Shown here: positions 29,233 through 42,341 of the stretch, in pieces | Layout: every line of letters starts with the position of its first letter | Numbering within the stretch: the stretch's first letter is position 1 | DNA from: Batkoa obscura | Lineage: Eukaryota | Reading direction: 5' to 3' | Assembly (NCBI GenBank): GCA_030770535.1 | Contig: JASVEC010000010.1 | Coordinates: 186,001-250,000, forward strand | DNA length: 64,000 bases | Notes under the pieces: model-generated | Database searches by the model: none | Told to the model about the DNA's origin: nothing | The model's input: the letters and a program-made list of their open reading frames with translations, nothing else | Position numbers and translations under genes: made by a program

Positions 29233-29753
29233 TTTTAAATTTGATTTTTTTTTGTATTGTTTTATTAAAAAATAAGAAATAAAAAAATAAAAGTTGAAAA
29301 TTTTGTCATTTTAGTTTTATATTATGCGAACTTGAAATTTAGAGTTTTTATTTTTAGTAAAAATAAAGGTGTAACTGGTTTGCTTAGTAAATGGTCCTCT
29401 TATTTTTTTATAAGCTTTAGGAGTTTAAAGAATGATTTCAGTAAATAGATTCGTAATTAATTAAATTAAAATAGTGAATAATATTACTTAATTTATTAAA
29501 ATATATTTATGTTAACTTTATAAGTTAATTCACATTTTACATTTAAGATGTTATTAAAACTATCTATAAAAAATAGGTTATATTATATTTTGTTTTAAAA
29601 AACCTTAGAGCTCTAATAAAAGTACTTTAATAAAAAATATTTAAATTTGAATTCTTAAATTACAATTATAGCAGTATTTATTAGCTCAAAATAGATAAAT
29701 ATTTTTTGTGTCACCTTCCTTCTCCTTCTTGATTCTTTAAAGAACTTTTCTTT

Positions 29754-30165
29754 TTAATTCTTTGAATACCTTTTCTTTTTTAATATTTTCTCTTCAATCT
29801 CTTCCACTTCTTCCAAGACTTCTTCTTCATCTGCCTCCATCACTTGTGGTCTTGGAAAAAAATTTTGACTAGCCATAAAACTAAAAAAGAATAAGCCAAT
29901 CAATTAATAAAAATTAATTATAAAAACCCATTTATCAATCATCATTCATATTATTTTGTATAATTAAACTTAAATTCAACAATAAAAAAACTTACAATGA
30001 AGCTGATACTTCTGCTAGTTTTAATGTATGTTCAGCATTTGCTTTCACTTCATATAACAAACTGGAAGTTGTGAATACGCTATCTTGTAATTGAACTAGT
30101 TCTCGGGTAAGATTTTCATATAATTTGATTCGCTTTTCAACATCCTGTTGGGTGCTTTTATCCAT
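29754..30165 (-). CDS. HSK3: Probable DASH/Dam1 complex subunit Hsk3, 2 exons
   Basis: YENLTRELVQLQDSVFTTSSLL...LKLAEVSASF|FMASQNF fits the Hsk3 helix pattern (Y..L..QL.QL...LL....LG...SLFMA); acidic tail. Confidence 0.65.
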
Positions 30166-30623
30166 CTTTTTGGGTTTATGATAAGAATGATTGACCTTTA
30201 ATGTTTCCTTTTTCTAAAAAAGCTTCGTTATTGGACCTCTAGAAAGAATATAAAAATTGAAAAACCAAAACTACTCTTTTTTTAAAATTAACAAACTTTC
30301 AAGTTTATTGCAGAAATTGCAAAGTTGAAATTATTTTTAAGATTACTATCCTTTGTTTCGATGTGTTAATACTAGTACTTTAGATTATTTATTTAAAACA
30401 AATACTATGTTTTATTAATTGAATAAAGTGGCTTTATATCAATCCTTTTATTATATAGTTTAATTAGATTTTTTATTAGTTAATAAACCGTAACTAAACT
30501 CCTCCCATTTTTTAAAATAAAGCAAAATAAAGCAAAAGTTTCAAGAATCAAAACGTAATTTCTACAACAAAATAAACATCAAAGCTTGTAAATTTAAAAA
30601 TATATTTTTTTTATCTTATAAAA

Positions 30624-33054
30624 ATGCCACCTTTAAATACATCAACTCAATTATTAACTATAATAAAAAATAAGATACAAAATGGCGAACAAGAAGATTC
30701 TGTTATACCCAGTATGAAATCAATTGAAAAAGAACAGATTGAAAATATTATCAATGGTTTGAAAAATGAATTAAAAGGAGTTAAGGTAAGTTTTTTGATT
30801 GTTTGGAACATGAAAAAAAGTTGAAGAATTGATGTTTTTTTTATCATATAGGAAAAGAAAGATGAGTTAATTAAAAAGAAATCTAATAAGTTGAAGGATA
30901 TTAATGAGTTCGGTGATAAAGTATTGAATAAAAGTATTGAATTACCTGAAAAATTAAAAGCAATTGAAGAAGAGATTGTAAATAAAGAAGATAATTTAAA
31001 TACTCAGTTTGGAGTCTTGATGGAGAAATATAACAAAGCTCAAGATAATTATAAAATTCAAATAAAATTCATTAATAGTTTACAATATTTTAAAGAAGTA
31101 AGTTAATTTTAATGTTATTATTTTAAATTTTAATATGTTTTTCATTAGGTAAATAAAATTAAAGTTAACTTATTAACTCAGATTAACGATAAAGACTATT
31201 TAAATTCAATTTATACCTTTAAAAATTTAAATGAGCTAATCAACAATGACAAAGTTGAAAATAATAGTTTAATTATACAAAAATTAAAGGTAAAATAATA
31301 ATATTTTATTAGATAATAATAAAATTTATAACATAATAATAATAGGATCATTTGTTATTAATTAAAACACAATTAATTGGATATATTGATGAAGAATTTA
31401 ATAAAGAGATTAGTATCAATGAAAAAGAAATGATAATCAATAGGAATTTTATTAACGAAAATAATAAAATAGTTAATCAAGAAGAGAAAATAATAAGTAG
31501 AATGGAAGATTTATTGTTATGTAATGAATTATTAAATCAAAATGAACAAATAAATAAAATAATTAATTTTATTAATAAACAAATAACAGCTATTATTAAG
31601 GAAAGTATTACTATTAATTATAAAGAGAACGACAATGAAATTCATATTCAGTTGACCAAAGATAAGAATCAAATGGAATTAAGTAACAAATTAAATAACA
31701 TATTACTATTTTTAAAATATATGAATACGATTTATCAAATTAATAAAATTAATGTAATTCAACAACAATTAAAAATGGAATTTATTTATGACTTAATTAT
31801 TACATTAGTTAATAAAGAATTACCATTATCAAAGAATGGGATCGAACATTATAAAAATAAAAATTATCAACAAGTAAAAGAATTTGATAACAAAATTCAA
31901 CAATATATTAATGTAGAGAATAATAATAATAATACAACATTAACAAATTACTTTAATAAATTAAATGACATTTATTTAATTAATAAAAGAAAAGAGTTGA
32001 TTTCATTAATTCGAGCTATTTTATTAGAAGAAAAATTCAATGTACTAGAAATTAATGAGGAAATTAAAGAGAATGAGAATAGTATTAATATTAGTATCAA
32101 CAATTTAATAGTTAATTTTGGACTTCCATTAACACTAAATAAATTGAATGTACCAGATACAATTGTTCGAATTATTATCAACTTTGAAGCTTATTTAAAA
32201 GAATTAGAAGATTACGAAAGGTAACTAAATAATTTTGATTTTTATATATTTATTTTAATTTATATTATTATTTGATTTTTAGTTCTGTGATTATTATTCA
32301 ATCAATAAGAGATAGTATTAATTTATATATTATATTATTACCATTACGTCAAAAAATTCATTTTGATGAAAGAATATTATTATTTAATGAAATGATTTAT
32401 TTTATTAAAGAATTAATGCGATTACAATTTATTTATAGTAACAAAGGAGAAGATAAACAAATTGATATTGAATTGATGGATTTTATTAAAATAATATTAA
32501 AAAAAGCAGATGAATTAATTATAGAAGAAGTAGATGAGTTCACATTACAAATGAAAGATATGTTAAATAATAATAATAATAAAGGAATTGTATTTGAGAA
32601 ATTAGAAGATAGTAAACAAATTAAAAAAATTGAAAACAAAATTCAATTAATAATTCAATTTATTAATAACTTTATACAACATTTTCACTTATTAAACAAT
32701 AAAATGATTCATTATTTATTATTAAATAAAATAATTATAATTATCAATGATTATTTAATTAATCAAATATTAATTTTAAATGATATTGGTGCTAAAGAAA
32801 GTGATTTAATTAAAGATTTAATTGAACCTTATTATTTAATATTAAAACAAAGAAGCTTTGATCAACAATTTAATAGTATTAAATTAGATTATTTAATTCA
32901 TTTTATATTAATTAATTCTTTAAAAGATATAAAATTAAAATTGAATGATTTATTAATTTATTTCAATAAAGAAGATTTAATTCATCTTATTTTGGCTTTA
33001 TTTAACCCTTCAAATAATAGAGATCAACTTATTACTTTAATTGAAAATAAATAA
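30624..33054 (+). CDS. ZW10/Dsl1-like tethering/kinetochore protein (multi-exon)
   Basis: N-terminal coiled coil; C-terminal ILILNDIGAKES..SLKDI..EDLIHLILALFNPSNNRDQLI resembles the ZW10 C-terminus. Confidence 0.75.
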
Positions 33055-33124
33055 AGTATATTTTTGTTACTTTTTTGTTATTATTCTATTTTTATTTTAT
33101 TTTTATTTTATTTTATTTTATTAT

Positions 33125-34432
33125 TTAGATTTGTATTATTATTATTGAATTCTTTTTAATAATTTTTTGAATTCAATAATTTTATAATGTAATGGAATCC
33201 AAATATAGTCTTTACCATATTTAGCATACATCAATCCAACACTAGCACCCGTAAGATGGGCCTAAGAAACAATATTATAAATAAAAACATTAAAAATATC
33301 AGCTTAAAATAAAACTTACAAAATGATCAAATGCTCTCCAACCTCTTACAATCCCTGTCAAATCCAACAACATAAAAGCAGCTAACATCCATTGTAAATC
33401 AAACTGTAAAAATGGTAAAAACATAATATTTGCTTTAGCTTCTGGAAAATGATAAGCAGTATAACCTACTAATGAAAAAATAGCACCCGAAGCACCCAAA
33501 CTAGGGATCAATTTAGATGCTTGATAAAATTTAGGCAATAAAGAAATAGCTGTTCTTCTTCCTAAAGAAGCAAAGATTCCACTAGTAAGATAAAAAGCTA
33601 AAAATTGTTCTGGTCCAAGTAATGTGCAGGAAATAGTGGCAAATGATTTAAGTGCAAACATATTAAGTACCAAATGCCATAAATCTTTGTGACTAAATAC
33701 ACTGGTTAATAAAGTATAATATTTATTAGAGGTTGGATAATGTAAAAAATGAGTGTTTAAAAAAGGTTGAAATTTAGGTATTCTAAATGCTAAGAAAACT
33801 AAAGTATTAACTGCTATTATAGAATAAATCATTTTATCTTGCTTGGTTAACAAAGTTAACTCAGATTTAATGAAATCAATTCGATTCAATATTTCTGTTT
33901 TTATAAATGTCCACCCATCTTCTTCTATTTGATTAATTGGTTCATTATTTTTATTTAAATTAAACAAATTTTCTAATCCATTTTGAATCATCTGAATGGA
34001 ATTATTTGACATTCTATTGACTGCACTATTTTTTATATTATATTGATAGATTAATGCAGATACGGTAAATATTAAACTGGATGTTATAAATGTAAACGAT
34101 AATGCCCCTCCCATATTACCTGTATTGGGATCATACTCAGACTCTTCTTGTCTTTGTCCTTGTTGTGGGGCAACTCGATAACTTGGTGTAATTCTACCTA
34201 ACCGATAATTCTTTATAAAATTTAAACTAGGTTGATTAATTAATCGCTGAAATTTTAGTGGCTTGACTAAAAGATTGTAATTTATCGTATACTTAGTCAT
34301 GGGCTTCAATTGTCTAAGAGTTAGTGCAGATAATAAATTTTTTGTTTTGATCATTTTTTTTGATTTCGAGAAAGTAAAAGCTAAGTTTAAAGTTTTGGTA
34401 AGTTTTAATCGGCTAAAATAAAAATTCAACAT
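33125..34432 (-). CDS. Mitochondrial rhomboid protease PARL/Pcp1, 2 exons
   Basis: Basic transit-like N-terminus, SVFSHKDLWHLVLNM, SLGASGA catalytic Ser, FDHF|AHLTGA catalytic His. Start may be the Met near 34354. Confidence 0.92.
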
Positions 34433-35599
34433 TTTCTAGAATAATTAAGTTGATTGTTTTGTTAGGGATTCTATGTTTCTATTAAAAATAATCTAAATTG
34501 AAATAGAAAATTAATGTATATTGTCATTTTCCATTTTAATTAGACAAAGTTACAATAAAGTTATCTTTTTCAACCAGTTTTGATAAAAACCATTGTTATT
34601 TTATCTTTTCATAAATTTCAATTATTTACACCAAATCCAGAGTGGTAAAGGTATAATATTATAGTAGTAAACAGTTTCCTCCAATAAACTAAGCTTTGTT
34701 TAGTAGAATAAATTGGTTATTGCAACCAGTAATATTAGTACTTTTTTCAGTAGGGGATAAAGATATTAATGAAAAACTTGATAATGAACATTATTAAAGT
34801 CACTTATGATATAAAAGGATCTTACCTTTCGCTCTGGTTAGATTTTTGTTTCTATTCTACTACTAAGATGGGATAGCTAGATTTGTATTTATAAAATATT
34901 GACACCATCAAGTTTAACTTTAGAGACTTGGAATTACTTTTATTGAAATAGATGAGAGTTTGTGGCACTAGAATCAATAGAGCATTTATTTAATTTCCAC
35001 ATTGTAATTTACATTATAGATATTTTTTAAATACATTTTTTTACATGCCTTTATGTCATATTGTTTCCAACTGAAGTTGTAGTAGCTGTTATTATCAGGA
35101 TCGCTAATCGAATCACCTACTCTCCAAAGTTTGATGCTATGATTAAAGAGGATCTAATAAGAATTGAATATAATGTAGAAAATAAAGACGAATATTAAAG
35201 TTATAACTAACTTTAAAATGTATATATTAAGGTTAGATGTAAAATGTGGTTAATTAATACATTTTATACTCATAGAAAGTATATAAGCAATTGGCTATCT
35301 TCCTTTGGATATCTATTTTTTAATACTGACTCTATTATTTGTTCCTGAAGATATGCTTTTAAATTCCTTTAGCTATGTTAATTCAGTTAACTTGATCCAA
35401 AGTATAGATTTTATCTTACAATTGTTTGAGAAGACTTCAAAGATACCCATTTCTATTGGTTAAGTATTGGACTTTACCCCTTACATTATTTCAACTTATC
35501 GGCTGGTAGGTCACTAAGTTTGAAGACCTCAACGCCCTTGTAACTTTCATATACAAATCTTTGCTAACTATATCTAAGTTGAGAGGTGATGTAAATTCA

Positions 35600-37260
35600 A
35601 ACTCAAATTTTGATTTAAGCCAACAAAATTTATCTTTTTTTTATAAAAGCTAAAAAGTTAACTCTAAAGCATAATAAAACAAAAGGTTATAGTTTACATG
35701 TCAATTAATTGAAACAAGCTAAATTCAAATCTTCAGTAAATTTGCTTTATACAATAATTTGATGTTATTAAATATACATTATTATTTGAAGAAGCATTAG
35801 TGAGCATTTTACATAAATATAAGATAACTGGATGATGTAATAGTTATTTAAGTAAAGTATGAATCCATATCATGTGAAAGAGTAGATAAAGATTTCCCAA
35901 TTATTAAGGAACTTAGACAATATGCCAGTTGTAAAAAAGTGAAGTATTGTAATAAGGAATATCAAATCAATGACTAGAAATGATGCCACAATAAAGAGTA
36001 TAAAAAATTTAAAGGACTTGAAGAGTTATTATAAATCAATATTTTACTATCTAATCGACTATTAAACCTTGATGAAGATAAAAAGAAGCTATTTTTTGAA
36101 TTAAAACATCATGAACTAAAGGAATGAGATGAAAATTGATATGATATATCAACTTATGATAGTCAAATATCAATTAGTGTTATAAATATATATGAAGACC
36201 TCCTGATCTCCTTGGTTTTTAGTCGGAAATTAAATTTAATAGCTTAATTATTAATGATGCTGAACAACAAAGTATGAACATTGATTGTTATTTTATAGCT
36301 TCTTTAATTAATTATGATTCCAATCCTAATACTGCCGTAATTTTCATGAGTATTAAATTGATCTTAAAATTATTAATTGATAATTAATTAAATAACAAAT
36401 TACAATTTCATATTTTGAACCTGTATGATAAAGATCTTTAGTTAGAAAATGGGGATGTATTTTTTCGTTTAAGAATTTTGCTAATAGTCTTTCCACTTAA
36501 GTAGTGCCTAAAAATGGAAAAGGTAATGAAGACAAAAAAACATCCCCAAATAGTAACTTTGAAATTACTATTTTGATTGAAATATAAATTGTGTTTAGAA
36601 AATACAAAAAGAAATGTCATAAATACTTTTTTATATTTTTTTATTTATTGTTCTCATTTTGATAACAATTTATAGGATACTGGATCTTTAAAAGTAGTTT
36701 ATTATCCAAGTTATGAAGAAGAAAACATATTAGGTGAAAGATGTATTAAAAGGCCAGAGATAAATTATAAAAGTTATGATATGGAATTAAACCTAATATA
36801 AACAAAATATTAGAGCTTGAAAAACACTAGTCAAAAATAAAGTATTCATAAAAAAATAAAGAAATTGAATTAAAAAAGAAATATTACTTAAATGAATAAC
36901 TTTACTTAAGTATGTTATTTCATCAAATAATTTATTATTATTATGAATATATAGCAGACATGGCCATTACTGAAAGTGAAACACAAATATTATACATACT
37001 AAAGTTGAGATTTCTTTTAAAAAAATGTAAATATTAAATCTTGATGATAGGTATTATATACTAAAAAGCTCCCCACCTTGTTAAGTTATTCAATTGGCAT
37101 GTTTGTCAATGTTCAAAAAAGTGAGTTTAAAAATTAGAGAAAAAGAAATTGAAAAAGTCTAAATTTTTATATTTCAGTACCAAAAATTAAAATTGACAAA
37201 AGCTTTAGAAAAATCTGGCTGATTTCAAACTAAAACTATTCAATAAACGATATTTAATAT
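35600..37260 (+). pseudogene. SMYD (SET-MYND) pseudogene B (inverted relative to A)
   Basis: 35655-36640 is the near-identical reverse complement of ~9100-10085. 36670-37200 is a decayed last exon (ATGGAATTAAACCTAAT vs ATGGAATTAAAACCTAAT in the intact gene). Confidence 0.85.
36451..36547 (-). mobile_element. ~98-bp MITE in second SMYD pseudogene (same insertion as 9194-9290)
   Basis: AAAT TSD; flanks are the reverse complement of those at 9194-9290. Confidence 0.9.
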
Positions 37261-38071
37261 GATTTTATTTTGTTTTGTTTTATTTCAAAATTCATGTCCA
37301 AGCAATGTATAAAATCTGGTAATTAGTGGTTGGAGTCAAAAGCGTGAAATCTGATACTTAGTGTTTGGAGTCAAGAACAGCTATTGCTGGGTTAACTATA
37401 CTATAAGTCGAAAGGTCTTAGTTTATGTGACTAAGATAGACTTGAATTATGAAGAATAGCACGTAATAGGCTATGGACTATATAAGACAAATAGAATAGA
37501 CAATACTAATGTAAAATATGCGTAAAATACTATTAAAAAAACTTAGTGACTTTATTAAATGTACGAGATATCAGGGAATAATTTAATTAAAAAAGCTTCG
37601 GAGCTACTATACTTTAAAATCTCTTTTATACTCTGACAAGTACAAATATCAAAATAAGAAGATAGCATTCTTTGGAATAAAGCTAGAAATTCTCATACCA
37701 AATTAAAATAAGAGCATGGGATTGATTATCTCTAAACTCGAAAGCACAACAATTTAAATGGTTATTATGCAATAATCAATGGTGGAGCTGACAAAGCGGT
37801 ATTTTACACCCCAAATGTTAACATTATTTAATAATAATTAACTCAATAAATATCCAAAAAGCAAATAGTTATTAAATTGTTTATATTATATAAAATAGTT
37901 AACTATAGCTTTAGACTTGGTTGTTTCCTTTTATGGAATTATTTACTAACTTAATGATACATTATTAATAATTACAATATTAAAACTGGTTGTTTATTAA
38001 TAAGTTTTTTTTTATATTAGCTATAAAGCAGCTAATAATAAATTTTTTAACAAAGTTTTATAAAAACATAT

Positions 38072-38168
38072 GGCGATGTTTTTTTGATTTCGTTATTTTT
38101 CCATTTTTTAAGCGCTATTCAAGTGGAAAGATTGTTAGTAAAATTCTTAAACACAAAAATACACCCCC
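38072..38168 (+). mobile_element. ~98-bp MITE
   Basis: Consensus match; ATAT/ATGT flanks; 36 bp from transposon copy 2. Confidence 0.88.
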
Positions 38169-38709
38169 ATGTATATATTATAACCCCAACCAATGTCAAT
38201 ATATGGGGTTGTCTGAATTAGTTTCATTATTTTATCCAATTTTTGAAAAATTTTGTATTTTAAAAACTTCGCTTAAAATTCTATAAAATCAAATTTTTTA
38301 TTAAAACAAAAGTACCCAGACACAGCTCTAAATCATTCTATTATAGTTTATAATGTAAGCTAGTTGAATTTCTACTAGATCTTAAATACATGTTCTTATA
38401 AAGCTTAATTGAGAAATATTTATTATCAACTGCTTTATAACCAACATTGTAGATTTATTATCAAATAAATAAACTATTTTAATGTTATAATTACATTATC
38501 AATATATTGCCAAGTTAATAAATAGCTGTATGGGAGGGAGTGGTTAGCCCCAAAACTATACTTAATTATCCCTATATAGTACAAGTAATAATAGTTTTTA
38601 CATATTATTACAGTTACTTGTTCTTTGACTATTTATTAACTTAACTATTAATAACTTAAGTAATATTAACATTTAACAATCTATTTCTATCATTCAACAA
38701 ACTACTTAC

Positions 38710-39900
38710 TTACTTAGTAAATATCGAAATTTTTAAATTCTCTGTTATCTTCGTAAGGTAAGCTGGGATCGATCTTTTAATTTTTCTGTTTTCTATAGAC
38801 TCTATAACTTTAATTGGGACTATATCGCTTTTTTTTGATGTATCAGATACTGGATAATAATGTAGTTTATTGTTATGTTTAATAAAGTGTAAATACTTCT
38901 TAATACCTTGCATCTCTATTATTCTTTTTGTATTTTTGTTTCTTTTATACTTTTTAAAAGTTATATCTATTTTCCCATTATTAAGAGTCGAGTTATTAAT
39001 TTTATTATGCTCGCAAATAAAAGCCTCAAATCTTGAGATTAATTGATCGATATCTTCTATTTTACCTAACGCTTCAAAACTACTTTTCCATTTTGAAAGG
39101 TTTCCAAAATGTCCATCAACTATACTTTTTCCATGATGCTCAGCAAAAAAATTAAGATTAACATTCAAACTACTATTTATTTTATGAATTTCTTTAAACA
39201 TATAGTGTAGAAACTCTTGGGATCTAAAATGATTTCCTGTATCTGCCCATATATTAATTTTTGTAAACTTTTTAAATAGAAGCTCTGTAGAGATCAAATT
39301 GATTAAACAATCTCCTGCATATGCTGAATCATGATTCAATATTTCAGATAAATAGTCGAAGTAAACTTTGCCTATTGTTTTATCATCTTTTAAGTATAAT
39401 ACACCAAAGCCTAATACTGATATAGCTTGTTTATTATAATGATCTAGATTTATTGAATCTGGTCTTGTCCCTATTTCCATATTTTGTTTAAAATCTAAAA
39501 CTGTTATACAACTTTTGTTATTTAATTTTTTGATAGTTTCATTAAATGTGTTTTTTTGAGTATCAACACAAAATTTATGTAATTTATATAATTTTTCTTC
39601 TTCATTGAAAATTTCTTGTATCTCTGCTTTGTTTTTTGCTGTATTTATTTTATTTTCAAATAACTTTTTTCTAACTGTATACTGGGTACATATATTACAT
39701 AGATCCGTTTTTCTTGCTGGATTTTTGAAATTACTTGGTATATATTTAAAGAACGTTGACCTAGCTACTGCTTTATCTCTTAGATCATTCAAATATTTAC
39801 TATATATCATTCTTCTACTTTTATTTAATATATATATTATCTGATGAATATTTACTATCGTTATTTTTTTTATTAAATCTTGATGAAATAGTTGAATCAT
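38710..39900 (-). CDS. Transposase catalytic part (ORF2), copy 2
   Basis: Same as 1466-2656 except 3 aa (SCIT, GKID, LHYY); catalytic motifs intact. Confidence 0.8.
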   Translation of the reverse strand: MIQLFHQDLIKKITIVNIHQIIYILNKSRRMIYSKYLNDLRDKAVARSTFFKYIPSNFKNPARKTDLCNICTQYTVRKKLFENKINTAKNKAEIQEIFNEEEKLYKLHKFCVDTQKNTFNETIKKLNNKSCITVLDFKQNMEIGTRPDSINLDHYNKQAISVLGFGVLYLKDDKTIGKVYFDYLSEILNHDSAYAGDCLINLISTELLFKKFTKINIWADTGNHFRSQEFLHYMFKEIHKINSSLNVNLNFFAEHHGKSIVDGHFGNLSKWKSSFEALGKIEDIDQLISRFEAFICEHNKINNSTLNNGKIDITFKKYKRNKNTKRIIEMQGIKKYLHFIKHNNKLHYYPVSDTSKKSDIVPIKVIESIENRKIKRSIPAYLTKITENLKISIFTK

Positions 39901-40357
39901 TTAGTAAATATTGTATGATAGTTTCAATTTGGTCATCTTTAATTTTTTTTGTATTTTTAATAATAGGTTTTAATGTTGATATTTTATTATTATTACTTGT
40001 TTTTGAATAATCATATTGATTTCTGTTTATATTAAACCCAAAACTCTTACATTCATCAAAAGAATATACTGAAGCTATAGTTGATAATAACGCTACTTGC
40101 TGACTTTTGTTTCCTGTTTCCCTTAAAGCACTAATTTTATACATTACTTGATTAAGTTTATTATTATCGATAGTAAACTTTGATAATATATCTTTTCTTT
40201 GTTTTGTTTTATTATAAAATTCCATGAACCTTGGGTTGTTATAAGTAGCTCTTAAAATTGATGTAAATGAATTACAATGTTTATATTGTGTACTCCTCCT
40301 TATTGTATTGAAATTTTCAAAAATTCCATTTCGAAGTTTAGTTATGAAAGTTTGCAT
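39821..40357 (-). CDS. Transposase N-terminal part (ORF1), copy 2
   Basis: Same as 1009-1545 except ILRATY vs ILKTTY. Confidence 0.65.
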   Translation of the reverse strand: MQTFITKLRNGIFENFNTIRRSTQYKHCNSFTSILRATYNNPRFMEFYNKTKQRKDILSKFTIDNNKLNQVMYKISALRETGNKSQQVALLSTIASVYSFDECKSFGFNINRNQYDYSKTSNNNKISTLKPIIKNTKKIKDDQIETIIQYLLNDSTISSRFNKKNNDSKYSSDNIYIK

Positions 40358-41318
40358 TTTATTTTTATTTCAACAAAAAATAAAGTCAAATAAAGTCAAA
40401 TAACTGTGTTTATATAATTATGTATTTATATAATTATATAATCATATAGTTATATATTATATATCTGTTAAATATCTAACAGAACTAACATAAAATATAT
40501 AGTTAGGAAAATTAGCTATTTAAGAAAAGGAAACAATTGAAATAAGTTTTAAATAGAGACATTTAATTTTAGGCTTTCTAGATTTAACCGTTATATTGGA
40601 CACAAACTTGAAATTTTAAATTTGGATTAATTTCTAAGTAGATTCTGAAACCAATTAGGACAGCCCCATATGAATTACATTGATAAAAGCTTTGCTGATA
40701 TAGCAATTTTTACTAAATTTAGTAAAAATTCTGGTAGCTTATAATATAAACTATAATAAGATTATTTAGTAGAACTATAAATACATTATAATACAATTAG
40801 TTATAATTTATATATTAGGATTAAAGTTCTGTCATATCACATACTTTTTTTTAAAATGATCATATTTTTGGTTTTTTTTATTTGATAGCTTTAAAAAGAA
40901 CTATGCATAACTATTATAATTATAAATGTTATATAATTAATTATTACTTTGTATTATATAAATAAATAAAATTTTAAATATTCCAGCATTTATAAAAACT
41001 AAACAGTTAATATACAAGCTTAAGTTATATTAAAGTAAAGCTGATTATGCATTAGATTTTTATTAATAAATTTTTTATTTTAAATAGTACAATTTGTAAC
41101 GCATAATTATGATATTTAAAACAAAAAAAATATTCATCTTAAAATATTGATTTTATTAATATGATAAAGCCTTATTACTTACAAGTTCTACAAGTTGAGC
41201 TACGTTGTTTCATGACATTAAAAATAGAACATCCAGTACCAAAATCTCCGAAGATACCTTTAACACATTTACTTTTAGATAGATTAAAATGATGAGATGT
41301 AATACTACTACAGCATAT

Positions 41319-41612
41319 GGGGATGTCTAAATTAGTTTCACTTTTTTATTCGCTTTTTAAACATTTTGTATTTTAAAAACTTTGTTTAAAATTCTGTAAA
41401 AACAAATTTTTTATCAAAAAGCAAAGGTACCCAGACACAGTTTTAAATTGTTTTGTTATAGTTTATATTGTAAGTTAGTTGAATTTCTACCAGATCTTAA
41501 ACACGTGTCCTTATAAAAATTCATTGAGAAACATTTATTATTGACTGCTCTACAACCAACATTAGAGATTTATTATCAAATAAATAACTATTTTAATGTT
41601 ATAATTCCATTA
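41319..41612 (-). mobile_element. Truncated, diverged 3'-end fragment of the Sola-like transposon
   Basis: Starts ATAT|GGGGATGTCTAAATTAGTTTC and aligns by eye with 38205-38500 (e.g. GTACCCAGACACAG, GTTGAATTTCTAC, AGATTTATTATCAAATAAAT) with scattered substitutions. Confidence 0.85.
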
Positions 41613-41667
41613 AATAACTGAATAAATACTAAAAAAAGTTGGAAAAAATAAGCTATCTTTAGCATAT

Positions 41668-41766
41668 GGGGATGTATTTTTGTGTTTAAGAATTTTGCTA
41701 ACAACTTTTCCACTCAAATAGCGCTTAAAAGATAGAAAAAGTAATGAAGCCAAAAAAAACACCCCC
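41668..41766 (-). mobile_element. ~98-bp MITE
   Basis: Consensus match; ATAT flanks. Confidence 0.9.
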
Positions 41767-41789
41767 ATATGTTTGTATATTAAACATGT

Positions 41790-41883
41790 GGGGATGTTTT
41801 TCTAGTTTCATTGTTTTTCCATCTTTTAAGCGCTATTTGAGTGGAAAGATTATAGTAAAATTCAAACAAAAAAACACATCCCC
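41790..41883 (+). mobile_element. ~98-bp MITE
   Basis: Consensus match; inverted relative to neighbour 23 bp away. Confidence 0.85.
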
Positions 41884-42249
41884 ATATATTACTCCTATTT
41901 TACGCCAACGTGTAGTACTATACTTGAGCTGTTAGTCGAATAAACCATCATAATGAATCAGTTAAAAGGTTTTAGTTTAATATTTCTTGCGATACGTTTA
42001 TTAACATAAAGCTAAAAGCTGAGAGCTTAAACATATATATCATTATTTTATAACCAGACGCGATTTAAAGCATGTTGATACAGCCCAATTGATATGACTA
42101 AACCATATTATACTTATAGATTCTTGAATAAATAATCGGTTTGGAATTTAGCATTTTAGAAAAAGTTAGGAAACATACAAGTTGTTAAGTTTTTGACTAC
42201 CTAATTAAGTTTTTCAAGTTATATTTTCAGATATTAGTTAAAATCCATA

Positions 42250-42341
42250 AAGATGTTTTTTTTGGCTTCGCTTTTTCTGTTTTTGAGCGCTGTTTGACTA
42301 AAAAGATTGTTAGCAAAATTCTTAAACTAAGATACATTCTC
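42250..42341 (+). mobile_element. ~98-bp MITE, degenerate
   Basis: GATGTTTTTTTTGGCTTC...GAGCGCTGTTTGA...TTGTTAGCAAAATTCTTAAAC. Confidence 0.7.

Larger units (their letters stand above)
38205..40667 (-). mobile_element. Sola-like DDD TIR DNA transposon, copy 2 (~2.46 kb)
   Basis: Termini GGGGTTGTCTGAATTAGTTTC ... GAAACCAATTAGGACAGCCCC with ATAT on both sides (38201-38204, 40668-40671). Reverse complement of copy 1 with few substitutions and small 5' duplications. Confidence 0.9.
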
